Assembly: GCA_037969075.1 (NCBI GenBank)
Contig: JBBKWS010000120.1
Location: 1 to 43,075, forward strand
DNA: 43,075 nucleotides
Direction of reading: 5' to 3'
Source of the DNA: Bdellovibrionales bacterium
GTDB lineage: Bacteria > Bdellovibrionota > Bdellovibrionia > Bdellovibrionales > UBA840
Position numbers and translations under genes: made by a program. How positions within the stretch are numbered: position 1 is the first letter of the stretch; the number at the start of each line of letters is the position of its first letter. The notes beneath the pieces were generated by a model. That model saw only the letters and a program-made list of their open reading frames with translations. It was not told the origin of the DNA and did not search any database. Below are positions 1-9,425 of this stretch, piece after piece.

Positions 1-207
1 ACACCTGTTGCTGGTGGTCTTGATATGTCACAATTCAAATTCTTACTAAAGTCTTTAGTTACCCACGGTAAGCGTATTATTGCTTTTGATTTAAATGAAG
101 TTTCTCCAGGTGCTAATTATGATCTTACCAATGAGTGGGACGGCAACTGTGGTATGCGCGCGCTATTTCAACTATGTGGCTGGTGTATTGAGTCTCAAAA
201 AAAATAG
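1..207 (+). CDS. Agmatinase/arginase (ureohydrolase) family protein, C-terminal fragment truncated by the window start
   Basis: Frame 1 is open from base 1 and reads TPVAGGLDM...IIAFDLNEVSPG...DGN, matching the ureohydrolase C-terminal (G)TPxxGG and DxxExxP motifs. Confidence 0.85.
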   Translation, partial: TPVAGGLDMSQFKFLLKSLVTHGKRIIAFDLNEVSPGANYDLTNEWDGNCGMRALFQLCGWCIESQKK

Positions 208-228
208 CTCATAAATTACGAGCTATTT
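202..228. terminator. Probable bidirectional intrinsic terminator between convergent genes
   Basis: AAATAGCTC-N9-GAGCTATTT 9-bp stem with an A-run on the left and T-rich sequence on the right. Confidence 0.6.
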
Positions 229-248
229 CTCTGGTTTGTTATTTCTAT

Positions 249-620
249 TTACATTCTGGCGTATTTTTTAGCTACTGACTCGCGAATCTCTGCACCCTCT
301 ATACTTAAGCGAGTCCATGGAATAGCTCTCAGTCTTTCAGATTCAATAAGCTCTTCAGTTTCTTCGCAGATGCCATAAGTACCATCTTGAATTCTAGCTA
401 GAGCCATTTCTATTTCAAACAACTGTGAGCGAAGTCTATCTTGCATTGCTACAAAGTCACTCTCCGCCAAAATACGCGCTGTTTGATCAGCTTCATCACC
501 GCTTTTTTCGTTATGGAGAAGCCCTTCTTTTCCTTCACGTACGCGGTTTAATATCTCTTCTTTCTTCGTAACTAATGTATCTCTACACTCTTCAATAAGT
601 TTTTTCGATAAGTCAGCCAT
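249..620 (-). CDS. dksA: DksA/TraR family RNA polymerase-binding regulator (single-Cys variant)
   Basis: Coiled-coil tip GDEADQT, ALARIQDGTYGICEETEELIESERLRAIPWTRLSIE; ATG at 620 preceded by SD AGGGGGAAT, so the extension to 749 is unlikely to be translated. Confidence 0.9.
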   Translation of the reverse strand: MADLSKKLIEECRDTLVTKKEEILNRVREGKEGLLHNEKSGDEADQTARILAESDFVAMQDRLRSQLFEIEMALARIQDGTYGICEETEELIESERLRAIPWTRLSIEGAEIRESVAKKYARM

Positions 621-996
621 ATTCCCCCCTTGGTATCCAAGATCCGAATTATAAATTCTTTTCTTGGTGGCTAATCGCTTAAGAATTCTAAACAAGCCCC
701 CGCCCGAATTCCTAGCATTGTGTTCCCCATCCCCTAAATACTGGATCAAAGGCCGGTTTCTCGTATCGATTCCTGTTACAAGAAACTCGGTGTGTATAAA
801 TCAGCTTGAAGGGTGGTTTTAGTAAATATTTTTTTATACATTTTACATGTTAATGCGCAATATCATTATACCAAATTTAAGAAAACTACCCCAAAAAATT
901 AAATGTGCGCAATCAATCTGCATACCTAACTCTATACTAACATAATTTAAGCTAAAGAATTCCTCGTAGATTACAGGAATAAATCGAAACTAGACT

Positions 997-1554
997 TTAT
1001 AGATCTTTATCTGAGGGCTCGAATGGTCCGGTATTTAATCTCTCTAAACGCTTGGTTTCTATATCAATGACTTGCGCTTCCCTGACCTCTTTTTGCTCAA
1101 ATCCATCATCAAAGCTCGAAAATTTGCTCGTATTGTGGGCATGAAACCCACCTGAAGAACCCTGTGTGAAAGTGTGAACTTGAAATTTACCGGCTTGCAT
1201 AGATTTTTGTAAAGATGATTTCAAGTGATTAGCTACCCATGAGCGCAGGAAAGGAATTAGTAACAACATGCCCAATGTATCAGTAATAAACCCAGGAATA
1301 ATTAGTAAGACCCCACCCAAAAACACTAAAATGCCGTGCAAAAGAGACTCCGCAGGCAAAATACCACGTCCTGTGTCTTTACGAACCTGAAATAAAACTT
1401 GTTTACCTTCACGGCGAGTAAATATAATCCCTACAAAAGCGGTCAGTAGTACGGCTGAAAATGTGTTCCAAGTACCAATCTGTTCACTCACCTCAACAAG
1501 TAGAAGAACCTCTAGAATCGGAATGGATACAATTGTTAATAAAATAAACCACAT
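997..1554 (-). CDS. fxsa: FxsA family membrane protein
   Basis: PILEVLLLVEVSEQIG and LLIIPGFITDTLG signature motifs. Confidence 0.9.
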   Translation of the reverse strand: MWFILLTIVSIPILEVLLLVEVSEQIGTWNTFSAVLLTAFVGIIFTRREGKQVLFQVRKDTGRGILPAESLLHGILVFLGGVLLIIPGFITDTLGMLLLIPFLRSWVANHLKSSLQKSMQAGKFQVHTFTQGSSGGFHAHNTSKFSSFDDGFEQKEVREAQVIDIETKRLERLNTGPFEPSDKDL

Positions 1555-1569
1555 ATAACGTTGGATATA

Positions 1570-2025
1570 CTACAAGGTATTTTCAGAAGAAAGTGCTTTC
1601 TTACTATCTAAAAAAGAAGTCATTGAGGATATCTCAATTCCTACCGATTGCAGTAGGCGGATAGAATCTTTACAACGATAGTCATGATTATAAAATACCT
1701 TTTTTACCCCACCTAAATTAATCAGTCTTTTAGCACAGGCTGAACAGGGCAAATGGGTAACGAACACAACTTTTTCTAAAAACCTCGGGGAATCACAGTT
1801 AATAACCGCATTCTCTTCAGAGTGAAGACAACCACAGTTTCCAGTTTCATCACGATCACAAGAGTTTGTTAAGCCAGATGCATTTCCATTATACCCAACA
1901 GCCAAAACTTTTCGATAATCTGTAGAGGTGATAACTGTGCCGACTTGCAGCCTTGCGCAAGTGGCACGTTTTGCCAGCTCTAAGGCGAGGCCCATATAAA
2001 TTTCTTCAAAACTTGGACGAGACAT
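1570..2025 (-). CDS. dCMP deaminase / ComEB family cytidine-type deaminase
   Basis: RATCARLQVG, GYNG, LHSEENAV (HxE) and PCSACAK (PCxxC) zinc motifs. Confidence 0.9.
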   Translation of the reverse strand: MSRPSFEEIYMGLALELAKRATCARLQVGTVITSTDYRKVLAVGYNGNASGLTNSCDRDETGNCGCLHSEENAVINCDSPRFLEKVVFVTHLPCSACAKRLINLGGVKKVFYNHDYRCKDSIRLLQSVGIEISSMTSFLDSKKALSSENTL

Positions 2026-2026
2026 A

Positions 2027-2794
2027 TTAATCCTTTAACTCTAAAACAATCGGGCAATGATCTGAACCTTCAACTTGATCCATGATATCAGCAGATTTAA
2101 TGCGATCTTTTAAATCTGGGCTAACGCTTATATAATCAATTCTCCAGCCCTTGTTGCGCGGTCTCGACATCTGGCGATAAGACCACCAAGTATAGGCATC
2201 CGCCTTATCAGGATGCATGTGTCTAAACGTATCTACAAACCCTAAGGCAAAAAACTTATCCATCCATGCGCGCTCTTCTGGCTTAAATCCGCTCTCTCCA
2301 TCCAATCTCACTGGATCATGAATATCAACTTTAGTATGAGCAATATTATAATCCCCTAATACTACTATGGAGTCTCCGTTAGCTAAACGCTTGCGAAAAT
2401 GTTCATACATGGTTTCTAAAAATTCCATTTTATAAAGATGACGATCTTCACCCATTGCACCGTTTGGAAAGTAGATGTTGTACAAAGAAAAGTCTTTATG
2501 CTCAGTAATTACAAAACGTCCTTCTGAATCAAATTTTGTAATACCAATTCCGTGTTTAACCGACCTAACTGGCTCTTTAACTACCGTTAGCGTTCCAGAG
2601 TAACCTTTTTTTTCTGCTGTTGACCAAAAAGCCTCTACGCCATCAAGGTCTTCTGGCTCAACCTCTACCTGTGAGGGATGGGCTTTTGTTTCTTGCACAC
2701 AAAATATATCAGCCGATTCTTTTTCGACAAAATCAATGAAGCCCTTGTTTATACAAGCTCTAATGCCATTGACGTTCCACGATATAATTTTCAT
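2027..2794 (-). CDS. xth: Exodeoxyribonuclease III (AP endonuclease)
   Basis: SWNVNGIRA, QETK, YFPNG, GDYN, GWRIDY, GSDHCP motifs. Confidence 0.97.
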   Translation of the reverse strand: MKIISWNVNGIRACINKGFIDFVEKESADIFCVQETKAHPSQVEVEPEDLDGVEAFWSTAEKKGYSGTLTVVKEPVRSVKHGIGITKFDSEGRFVITEHKDFSLYNIYFPNGAMGEDRHLYKMEFLETMYEHFRKRLANGDSIVVLGDYNIAHTKVDIHDPVRLDGESGFKPEERAWMDKFFALGFVDTFRHMHPDKADAYTWWSYRQMSRPRNKGWRIDYISVSPDLKDRIKSADIMDQVEGSDHCPIVLELKD

Positions 2795-2887
2795 AGGCTG
2801 TTCATAGCAAAGCTTGTGAATCGATACAATTTAATGACACAGATCGTTGCCACTATTTCTACAGCACATCAGGTGCTAAAAACACTC

Positions 2888-3931
2888 ATGGCTACATACT
2901 TAGACTCTAAAGGCATTGTGTTCTTACCCAGCATGGAGAACCTGCTACAATTACCAGATATCCACAGGGATATCGACAATCTGCTATGGATTGTGGATGA
3001 AAAAGTAGCTAAATTAAAAACCTTCACCAAAGCCCCACTGAAACACGTTTACTTTGTAAGTAGTGGTGAAAAATTAAAAGACATCGATCAGTTCCCACAA
3101 CATATCAAAAAGGTAATGCATCTAGCAGAAACCATCCCCACTAAAAAATTAAAAATAGTTGCGGTTGGCGGTGGCAGCGTTGGGGACTTTGCTGGTTTTA
3201 TCGCAAGCATACTGCGCAGAGGAGTTGATTTAATACATGTCCCTACCACATGGCTTGCTTGCATTGACAGCGCCCACGGCGGGAAGACAGCTTTAAATAT
3301 TGAAACATTCAAAAACCAAATTGGTACGTTTTATCCTGCGCAAAAAATTTATTTAGTAAAAGATATTCTTGGATCTCAACCTAATGAATTAAAAATAGAT
3401 GCGAATGCTGAATTATTTAAAATAGCACTCCTAAAGGGTGAAGCCTGGATGCCATCATTACTAAAAGATATTTCTAACTTAGACACAGCCTCAGTCTTTT
3501 GGCACTATGTACAACTGGCGATAGAGGCAAAATACTTTTATATCGAAGCAGATCCAAAAGAAATATTAGGCGTTCGTACCGAGCTAAACCTTGGACATAC
3601 GATGGCCCATATTTTAGAAAATAACTGCGGATTAAGACATGGCCAGGCCGTCGGCAAAGGATTACATTTTGCCTTAGCTTGGAGTCACAAAAAATACCAG
3701 TTAAAAGATGTAGAAGGGCTTCACTTAGCCTTAGAAGCTATGGGTCACAGTCGCACCCCTGTAAAAATAAAAGAAAAACAAATTCAATCAGGTTTAGCTC
3801 GTGACAAAAAATTGAGTGACAGAGATGTCTTGCGCTTTATATTTTTACGCTCCATCGGTGATGCCAAAGTCGAAGACGTCAGCTTTAGAGAGTTTATGGT
3901 ATTTGCATCCGAGCAAGGCTGGGTTTCTTGA
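2888..3931 (+). CDS. aroB: 3-dehydroquinate synthase
   Basis: GGGSVGDFAGF, PTTWLACIDSAHGGKT, KNQIG, LNLGHTMAH, HGQAV; start placed at ATG 2888 (alternative 2834) to avoid overlap with xth. Confidence 0.93.
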   Translation: MATYLDSKGIVFLPSMENLLQLPDIHRDIDNLLWIVDEKVAKLKTFTKAPLKHVYFVSSGEKLKDIDQFPQHIKKVMHLAETIPTKKLKIVAVGGGSVGDFAGFIASILRRGVDLIHVPTTWLACIDSAHGGKTALNIETFKNQIGTFYPAQKIYLVKDILGSQPNELKIDANAELFKIALLKGEAWMPSLLKDISNLDTASVFWHYVQLAIEAKYFYIEADPKEILGVRTELNLGHTMAHILENNCGLRHGQAVGKGLHFALAWSHKKYQLKDVEGLHLALEAMGHSRTPVKIKEKQIQSGLARDKKLSDRDVLRFIFLRSIGDAKVEDVSFREFMVFASEQGWVS

Positions 3932-5118
3932 AACCACGATTTCAATTTATTAATCCCATAGAATCTTCTAAATCTATTTATAATAGGCTTTTAATCTGTC
4001 AATCCTATTTTCCTGACTTAAAAATAGAAGGGCAAAGTAGTGCTGACGACGTAGTTAGTCTTAAGAAGGCTCTGCAGGATTTATCGCAAAAAGATTTTTA
4101 TATCGGTGACGGAGGAACCAGCTTTCGATTTTTGGCCCTTCGCCTTAGTAGATACCCCGGCACACACCGAATTCATTTAGGCGAGGCCCTGCAAAAACGA
4201 CAGCAAGATGATCTATTAAGTATACTTAAACAACTGAAAATAAACTTTTCGTTTGATCACAAAGTCTTAGAAGTGACTGGCGGAGATTGGAACCTAGAAA
4301 ACGAGATACTTGTGGATAAAACTATTTCTTCACAGTTTTTAACAAGCTTACTTTTAAACGCATGGCTTTTAGAAAAAGACTTACATATAAAATGTAGCGG
4401 TAGTGATTTATCCTCTTCGTACATTACAATGACAAAAAAATTATTATCCCAGCTCGGCCTTTTATTTACTGTTGATGGTGAGTCTATTATCGTTAAAAAG
4501 ATGCAAAAAATAAATGTAGAATCTATTAATTGTGAGATTGATATGAGCTCAGCATTTGTTGTTGCTGCCATTGGAGCCATAGCTGGTGGAGTTCGAATAT
4601 CTTCTTTCCCATTTCCTAGCTTGCAAGGCGATAGTATTTTTCTACAAATCTTACAGTTCATGGGTATTGTTTATAAAAAGCAGAAAGATGTTGTAGACAT
4701 TTTACCTTGCAACCAAGTTAGACCTATACAATTTAATCTTAAGGATGCTCCTGATCTATTTCCTGTTTTAGCAATGCTATGCGCTTTTTCTGATGGCAGT
4801 TCAAAACTTTTTGGAGCACCCCAATTAAAAAACAAAGAATCCAATCGAATCGAATCCATATCTAATCTACTAACTAAGATGAAAATTTCTCATGAGCGAT
4901 TAGAAGATGGCCTTATCATTCAAGGAAGTAGTTCTGTGAAGTTGACAGAGCCTACCGCGATTGAAACTTATGACGATCACAGGGTGGCATTTGCTGCAGC
5001 AGTAGCAAAAATGTATGGCTATCCGCTCATCATCCAAGGCGCGGACTGTGTTAATAAAAGCTTTCCTTCGTTTTGGTCTTACTTTCCAGAAAACTTTTCA
5101 ACCGAGGTTTACTCATGA
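3928..5118 (+). CDS. aroA: EPSP synthase (3-phosphoshikimate 1-carboxyvinyltransferase)
   Basis: SKS..NR, GGTSFRF, SSQF, PDLFP, KESNRI, DDHR, KSFP motifs; TTG start overlaps the aroB stop (TTGA). Confidence 0.93.
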   Translation: MKPRFQFINPIESSKSIYNRLLICQSYFPDLKIEGQSSADDVVSLKKALQDLSQKDFYIGDGGTSFRFLALRLSRYPGTHRIHLGEALQKRQQDDLLSILKQLKINFSFDHKVLEVTGGDWNLENEILVDKTISSQFLTSLLLNAWLLEKDLHIKCSGSDLSSSYITMTKKLLSQLGLLFTVDGESIIVKKMQKINVESINCEIDMSSAFVVAAIGAIAGGVRISSFPFPSLQGDSIFLQILQFMGIVYKKQKDVVDILPCNQVRPIQFNLKDAPDLFPVLAMLCAFSDGSSKLFGAPQLKNKESNRIESISNLLTKMKISHERLEDGLIIQGSSSVKLTEPTAIETYDDHRVAFAAAVAKMYGYPLIIQGADCVNKSFPSFWSYFPENFSTEVYS

Positions 5119-6863
5119 AATGGCTCTTGATAGGTCATAGAGGTACCGGAAAAACCTCACTCCTTAGACGCCTAACCTCCTATTTTCCCCACGTAGGTCA
5201 CTATGATCTGGATGAAGAAATTGCCAACCGAGTTGGGTGTAGCTTAGTAGAATATTTTAACAAACAAGGAGAGATCTCTTTTAGACAAATCGAATTGCAG
5301 ACTATTCGTGAAATCATGCAATCTAACTCTTCATACATCATAGCATGCGGTGCCGGTCTTTTATTGGATCAACTAACCACGGACGCAGAAAAAATTTGGA
5401 TCAGACGCTATACTGATAAATTAGGTCGTATTTTCTTAGATCGACCACGACTCCAAAAAGAAGCTCTGCCCTTAGATGAATATATGCACAGATACCGCGA
5501 ACGAAATATTATGTATCAAAAATACGCCACCGAAATTATCGATATACCCGAGGGATTTGATACACCAAACGAGGCCGAAAAAGATTTTTTTCAACAAACA
5601 TTTGATGTCAGTGAATGGACTGTAACCTTACAAGTTTACCATTTTAGAAGCCCAGAACAGATCAAAACTTATATAAGTAAGCGAGCAAGCTGGGGCCTTA
5701 AAATAGAACTTCGTGATGACCTCTTAACTAAAGAACAAATTCACCAAGCCGTACAATTAATCCCCATCGGGCAGGCACTAATTAGTTTTAGACAAAAACA
5801 TACGTCTCCGGACTTAGTTCAGTTTGTACAAAAAAATAATATAGCAAGTGATTGGGATCTTAATTTAGGAGAGCCGCCATTTGAAACTACCGTTGTTTCA
5901 TTACACCAATCAAAATCGCTCGAGGCTGGCTTAGACCAACTAGCAAAATATACTACGTCGATTCAGAAGGCTGCGTTTGAAGTTGAAAGCTTAGAAGATC
6001 TCTGGCTTGGTGATCAGTGGCTACTTCAAGCACCAAACAGAGCCTTCTTGCCCTGCTCTGACAATGGGCTGTGGAAATGGTACCGTCTTTACAGATCTCA
6101 CAAACAAGCGATACAGTTTTTAGCGGATCAAACGAATTCACAACTAGATCAGCCGCAACTTCTTGATGTGATCAGGCAACAAGATTTCGATGATACAAAT
6201 CACTTTGCCGCTGTGATTGGAAATCCCATTAACCATAGTTTAAGTCCTGGCAAACACTATGATTTTTTCTTACCATATCGCATTCCATTTTACCCCGTCC
6301 CATTAAAAACATGGAATATTCAAATTTTACAAAAACTTGGTTTACTATTTGCCGCCGTTACCTCTCCCTTTAAAGAAGATGCTTTTAAAACTGCGAGCGC
6401 GCTGTCAACTGATGCTGAAAAGTTAAAAAGCGTAAACACTCTCGTATTGAGTGATACAATTTATGGTTATAATACTGACGTGAGTGGACTAAAGGCGACT
6501 CTCGCCTACGCCAAAGGAATAACAGTTGTTTGGGGTGGTGGCGGGCTGCTCTCTTCTATCCAAGCAAACTTACCAAGTGCCTATGCCTATTCTTCACGAA
6601 CAGGAACTGCTAAAGGTGAGGAAATAACGACTTTTCCAGAAACACTAATCTGGGCTGTGGGAAGAACTCACTTTGAAGTGCAGGGCGTCTTTCCACCGTC
6701 AGACTGGAAGCCTAAAGTTATTATTGATATGAATTACACGGATGATTCCTACGGCAAGGCCTACGCACAAAGTATTCAGGCAGAATACATTTCAGGCATG
6801 ACTCTTTTTTTAGAACAGGCTAAGAAACAACAAGAACTTTGGGCCCCTAAAATACCTAGCTAG
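5115..6863 (+). CDS. Trifunctional shikimate kinase / type I dehydroquinase-like / shikimate dehydrogenase fusion (AroK-AroD-AroE)
   Basis: N-terminal P-loop GHRGTGKTS with DLDEEI and FRQIE (shikimate kinase); middle IELRDDLL, VVSLH, IQKAA (type I DHQase-like); C-terminal from ~6201 IGNPINHSLSP, VTSPFKE, VNT, NTD, DMNY, GMTLFLEQAKKQ (shikimate DH); ATGA overlap with the aroA stop. Confidence 0.85.
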   Translation: MKWLLIGHRGTGKTSLLRRLTSYFPHVGHYDLDEEIANRVGCSLVEYFNKQGEISFRQIELQTIREIMQSNSSYIIACGAGLLLDQLTTDAEKIWIRRYTDKLGRIFLDRPRLQKEALPLDEYMHRYRERNIMYQKYATEIIDIPEGFDTPNEAEKDFFQQTFDVSEWTVTLQVYHFRSPEQIKTYISKRASWGLKIELRDDLLTKEQIHQAVQLIPIGQALISFRQKHTSPDLVQFVQKNNIASDWDLNLGEPPFETTVVSLHQSKSLEAGLDQLAKYTTSIQKAAFEVESLEDLWLGDQWLLQAPNRAFLPCSDNGLWKWYRLYRSHKQAIQFLADQTNSQLDQPQLLDVIRQQDFDDTNHFAAVIGNPINHSLSPGKHYDFFLPYRIPFYPVPLKTWNIQILQKLGLLFAAVTSPFKEDAFKTASALSTDAEKLKSVNTLVLSDTIYGYNTDVSGLKATLAYAKGITVVWGGGGLLSSIQANLPSAYAYSSRTGTAKGEEITTFPETLIWAVGRTHFEVQGVFPPSDWKPKVIIDMNYTDDSYGKAYAQSIQAEYISGMTLFLEQAKKQQELWAPKIPS

Positions 6864-6870
6864 GAGACAT

Positions 6871-7920
6871 ATGTCAGCCAACTCATTTGGTAATATTTTA
6901 AAAATGATAAGCTTTGGAGAAAGTCACGGCAAAGCCCTCGGAGTTGTACTTGAAGGTGTGCCCGCAGGACTTAACGTAAATCACGAATTACTTCTTAAAA
7001 ATTTACAAAGACGTCGGCCCGGTAGTTCAAACATTGTTAGCGCCAGAGATGAATCCGATGTACCAGAAATTCTTAGTGGGGTCTTTGAAGGCAAGACCAT
7101 TGGTACTCCGATTTCAGCTATTGTTTATAATAAAGATGCAAAATCAGAAGATTATAATGCCATTAAAGATTCGCATAGACCAGGACACGCTGATGATGTG
7201 TGGAAAAATAAATTTGAACACTCTGATCATAGAGGCGGCGGCAGATCCTCTGGCCGCGAAACCGTAAGCCGAGTCATTGCTGGTTCATTTGCACAAATGA
7301 TCTTAAATGCTATCTCTCCTAAAAGCTCTGTTTTTGTTTTTTCAGAAAAAATTTTCACTTACTCTATTGGTGAACACTTGCCGCTTATACTTAAAAAATT
7401 AGATGGCATGACTCAATTTGAGGGACAAGATTGGATTGATTCTTTTCCTGCAAAATTTCCTGCCTTAGAAACTTCAAAGCAAATTGAACAACTTCTTTTA
7501 GCTGCCAAAGAACAAGGTAAGAGCTACGGAGGAAGTTTAATTGTTTACATAACGAATCCTCCGAAAAACTTAGGCCAACCTGTGTTTCATAAATTAAAAG
7601 CTGATCTTGCCTCAGCTTATTTAAGTATTGGAGCAACTAGCTCGTTTGAGGTTGGGATTTCTGATGCCAGTACACAAGAAGGAAGTCATTTTCATCAACA
7701 AGTATCCAGTGAGAAGTATGGCGGTATACGCGGCGGAATCTCAACCGGTGAGAATATGTTACTGCGTATTGGATTTAAACCAACATCTACTGTTCTAGAC
7801 ATAGCTAAAAAAGGACGCCATGACCCCTGCATTCTACCGCGCGCTTCAGTGGTTGTAGAGGCAATGACCAATTTAGTCTTAGCAGACCATACCTTATGGT
7901 CAAGGCTAGATAAGATTTAG
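6871..7920 (+). CDS. aroC: Chorismate synthase
   Basis: GESHG, RRRPG, RPGHAD, RGGGRSSGRET, GGISTG, FKPT, GRHDPC; SD AGGAG. Confidence 0.98.
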   Translation: MSANSFGNILKMISFGESHGKALGVVLEGVPAGLNVNHELLLKNLQRRRPGSSNIVSARDESDVPEILSGVFEGKTIGTPISAIVYNKDAKSEDYNAIKDSHRPGHADDVWKNKFEHSDHRGGGRSSGRETVSRVIAGSFAQMILNAISPKSSVFVFSEKIFTYSIGEHLPLILKKLDGMTQFEGQDWIDSFPAKFPALETSKQIEQLLLAAKEQGKSYGGSLIVYITNPPKNLGQPVFHKLKADLASAYLSIGATSSFEVGISDASTQEGSHFHQQVSSEKYGGIRGGISTGENMLLRIGFKPTSTVLDIAKKGRHDPCILPRASVVVEAMTNLVLADHTLWSRLDKI

Positions 7921-8024
7921 CCAATAATTACATGTACTTATGTGCATAAACTGATTACAGAAAAAAGATTCTAATCTTGCAAAAATTCTTGTTCTACAAA
8001 GCTTATACGAGTACAACATTAGTC

Positions 8025-9335
8025 ATGTCTGATCTAAGTAATATGTTTACGCAACTAATGAATGGCTTTTCTAAACTCAATATAACCGAGCGTTACCAGC
8101 GCTTGCTTGAGCTTGGCGCGCTTACAAAATCAGAAATTCAGTTTTTAAAATCTGGCGGCATAAAAGACAATGATTTAGCTGAACATTTAGTAGAAAATGT
8201 AATTGGCTACTTTCAATTACCCTTAGGCGTAGCTACAAACTTTAAAGTAAACAATAAAGATTATATTATTCCCATGGCAGTTGAAGAAACTTCTATTATC
8301 GCCGCCGCTTCTAAAACCGCAAAGTGGGTTCGAACAAACGGTAAGATTACCACCCGCTCTTTAGGAAAAAATATTATTGGGCAAATCCAAATTGCAAAAG
8401 CAAAGAATTTTGCAGCCAGTAAAGAACTTATTTTAAAAAACAAAGAACACTTAATTGCTATCGCTAACCAAGTCCTAAAAGGTCTTGTTGCTCGTGGTGG
8501 CGGAATACGTGATCTAGAAGTTCGCGAGCTTGACAGAGAAGATGGTACTAACGACAAGATGTTAGTCATCCACATCTACTGTGACCCATGCGAAGCCATG
8601 GGTGCAAACTTAATCAATCAAGCATGTGAAGCTTTAAAGCCGCAAGTAGAAAGTATTACAGGCGAAACTGTTAACCTTTGTATTTTGTCAAACCTTGTAG
8701 ACACAAAGCTTACAGAGGCTATCGTAGAAATTTATGATATCGATGAGTCTCTTGGAAGAGGCATAGAAGAGGCCTCTAGATTTTCCATTGTTGATCCATA
8801 CCGTGCTGCAACCAACAACAAGGGTGTTTTAAACGGGATTGATGCTGTTTTGATTGCTTGTGGAAATGACTGGAGAGCGGTAGAGGCAGGTATACACTCG
8901 TATGCTGCCAGAGATGGAAAATATAGATCTATTACTCAGTGGAAGCTTGAAGGAACAACCCTAGTAGGAAGATTAGTCGCACCTATTGTTGTAGGTACTG
9001 TCGGCGGAGTTACTAAAATTCATCCAACAGCACAATTAGGACTCCGTATGCTTGGAGTAACGAGCACTGAAGAACTAGCCGGAGTAATAGCTGCCGTTGG
9101 TTTGGTGCAAAACCTAGGCGCGCTAAAAGCTTTAAGCACTGTGGGTGTTGTTGAGGGTCACATGAAATTGCATGCCACTAACTTAGCACTTGCAGCTGGA
9201 GCTGGCCCCGAAGAAATTTTACCTGTGCAAATTGATTTACAGCATCTATTAGCTCGCGTAAAACGCATTACCTTAGAAGATGCCAGACAGATCCTTTTAA
9301 ATTACCGAAATAGCCGCAACGAAACTCAAGTATAA
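8025..9335 (+). CDS. mvaA: Class II hydroxymethylglutaryl-CoA reductase
   Basis: ENVIG, PMAVEETSIIAAAS, EAMGAN, NKGVLNGID, GNDWRA, GHMKLH; start uncertain (8025, 8043 or 8058). Confidence 0.93.
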   Translation: MSDLSNMFTQLMNGFSKLNITERYQRLLELGALTKSEIQFLKSGGIKDNDLAEHLVENVIGYFQLPLGVATNFKVNNKDYIIPMAVEETSIIAAASKTAKWVRTNGKITTRSLGKNIIGQIQIAKAKNFAASKELILKNKEHLIAIANQVLKGLVARGGGIRDLEVRELDREDGTNDKMLVIHIYCDPCEAMGANLINQACEALKPQVESITGETVNLCILSNLVDTKLTEAIVEIYDIDESLGRGIEEASRFSIVDPYRAATNNKGVLNGIDAVLIACGNDWRAVEAGIHSYAARDGKYRSITQWKLEGTTLVGRLVAPIVVGTVGGVTKIHPTAQLGLRMLGVTSTEELAGVIAAVGLVQNLGALKALSTVGVVEGHMKLHATNLALAAGAGPEEILPVQIDLQHLLARVKRITLEDARQILLNYRNSRNETQV

Positions 9336-9425
9336 TTTTTCACGCTTTCATATTTTGCAACTAGAAGCTTCGCAGCAATAGACCCATAGATAAAAATATG
9401 TTAGCAATATCGCACGGAGGAACTC

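Noticed and set aside
2678..2887. N-terminal extensions of aroB (from 2678), dksA (749), rsmJ (25985), coaC (21253) and the FMN reductase (26332)
   Set aside because: Most overlap neighbouring genes, all lack family similarity, and better downstream starts exist
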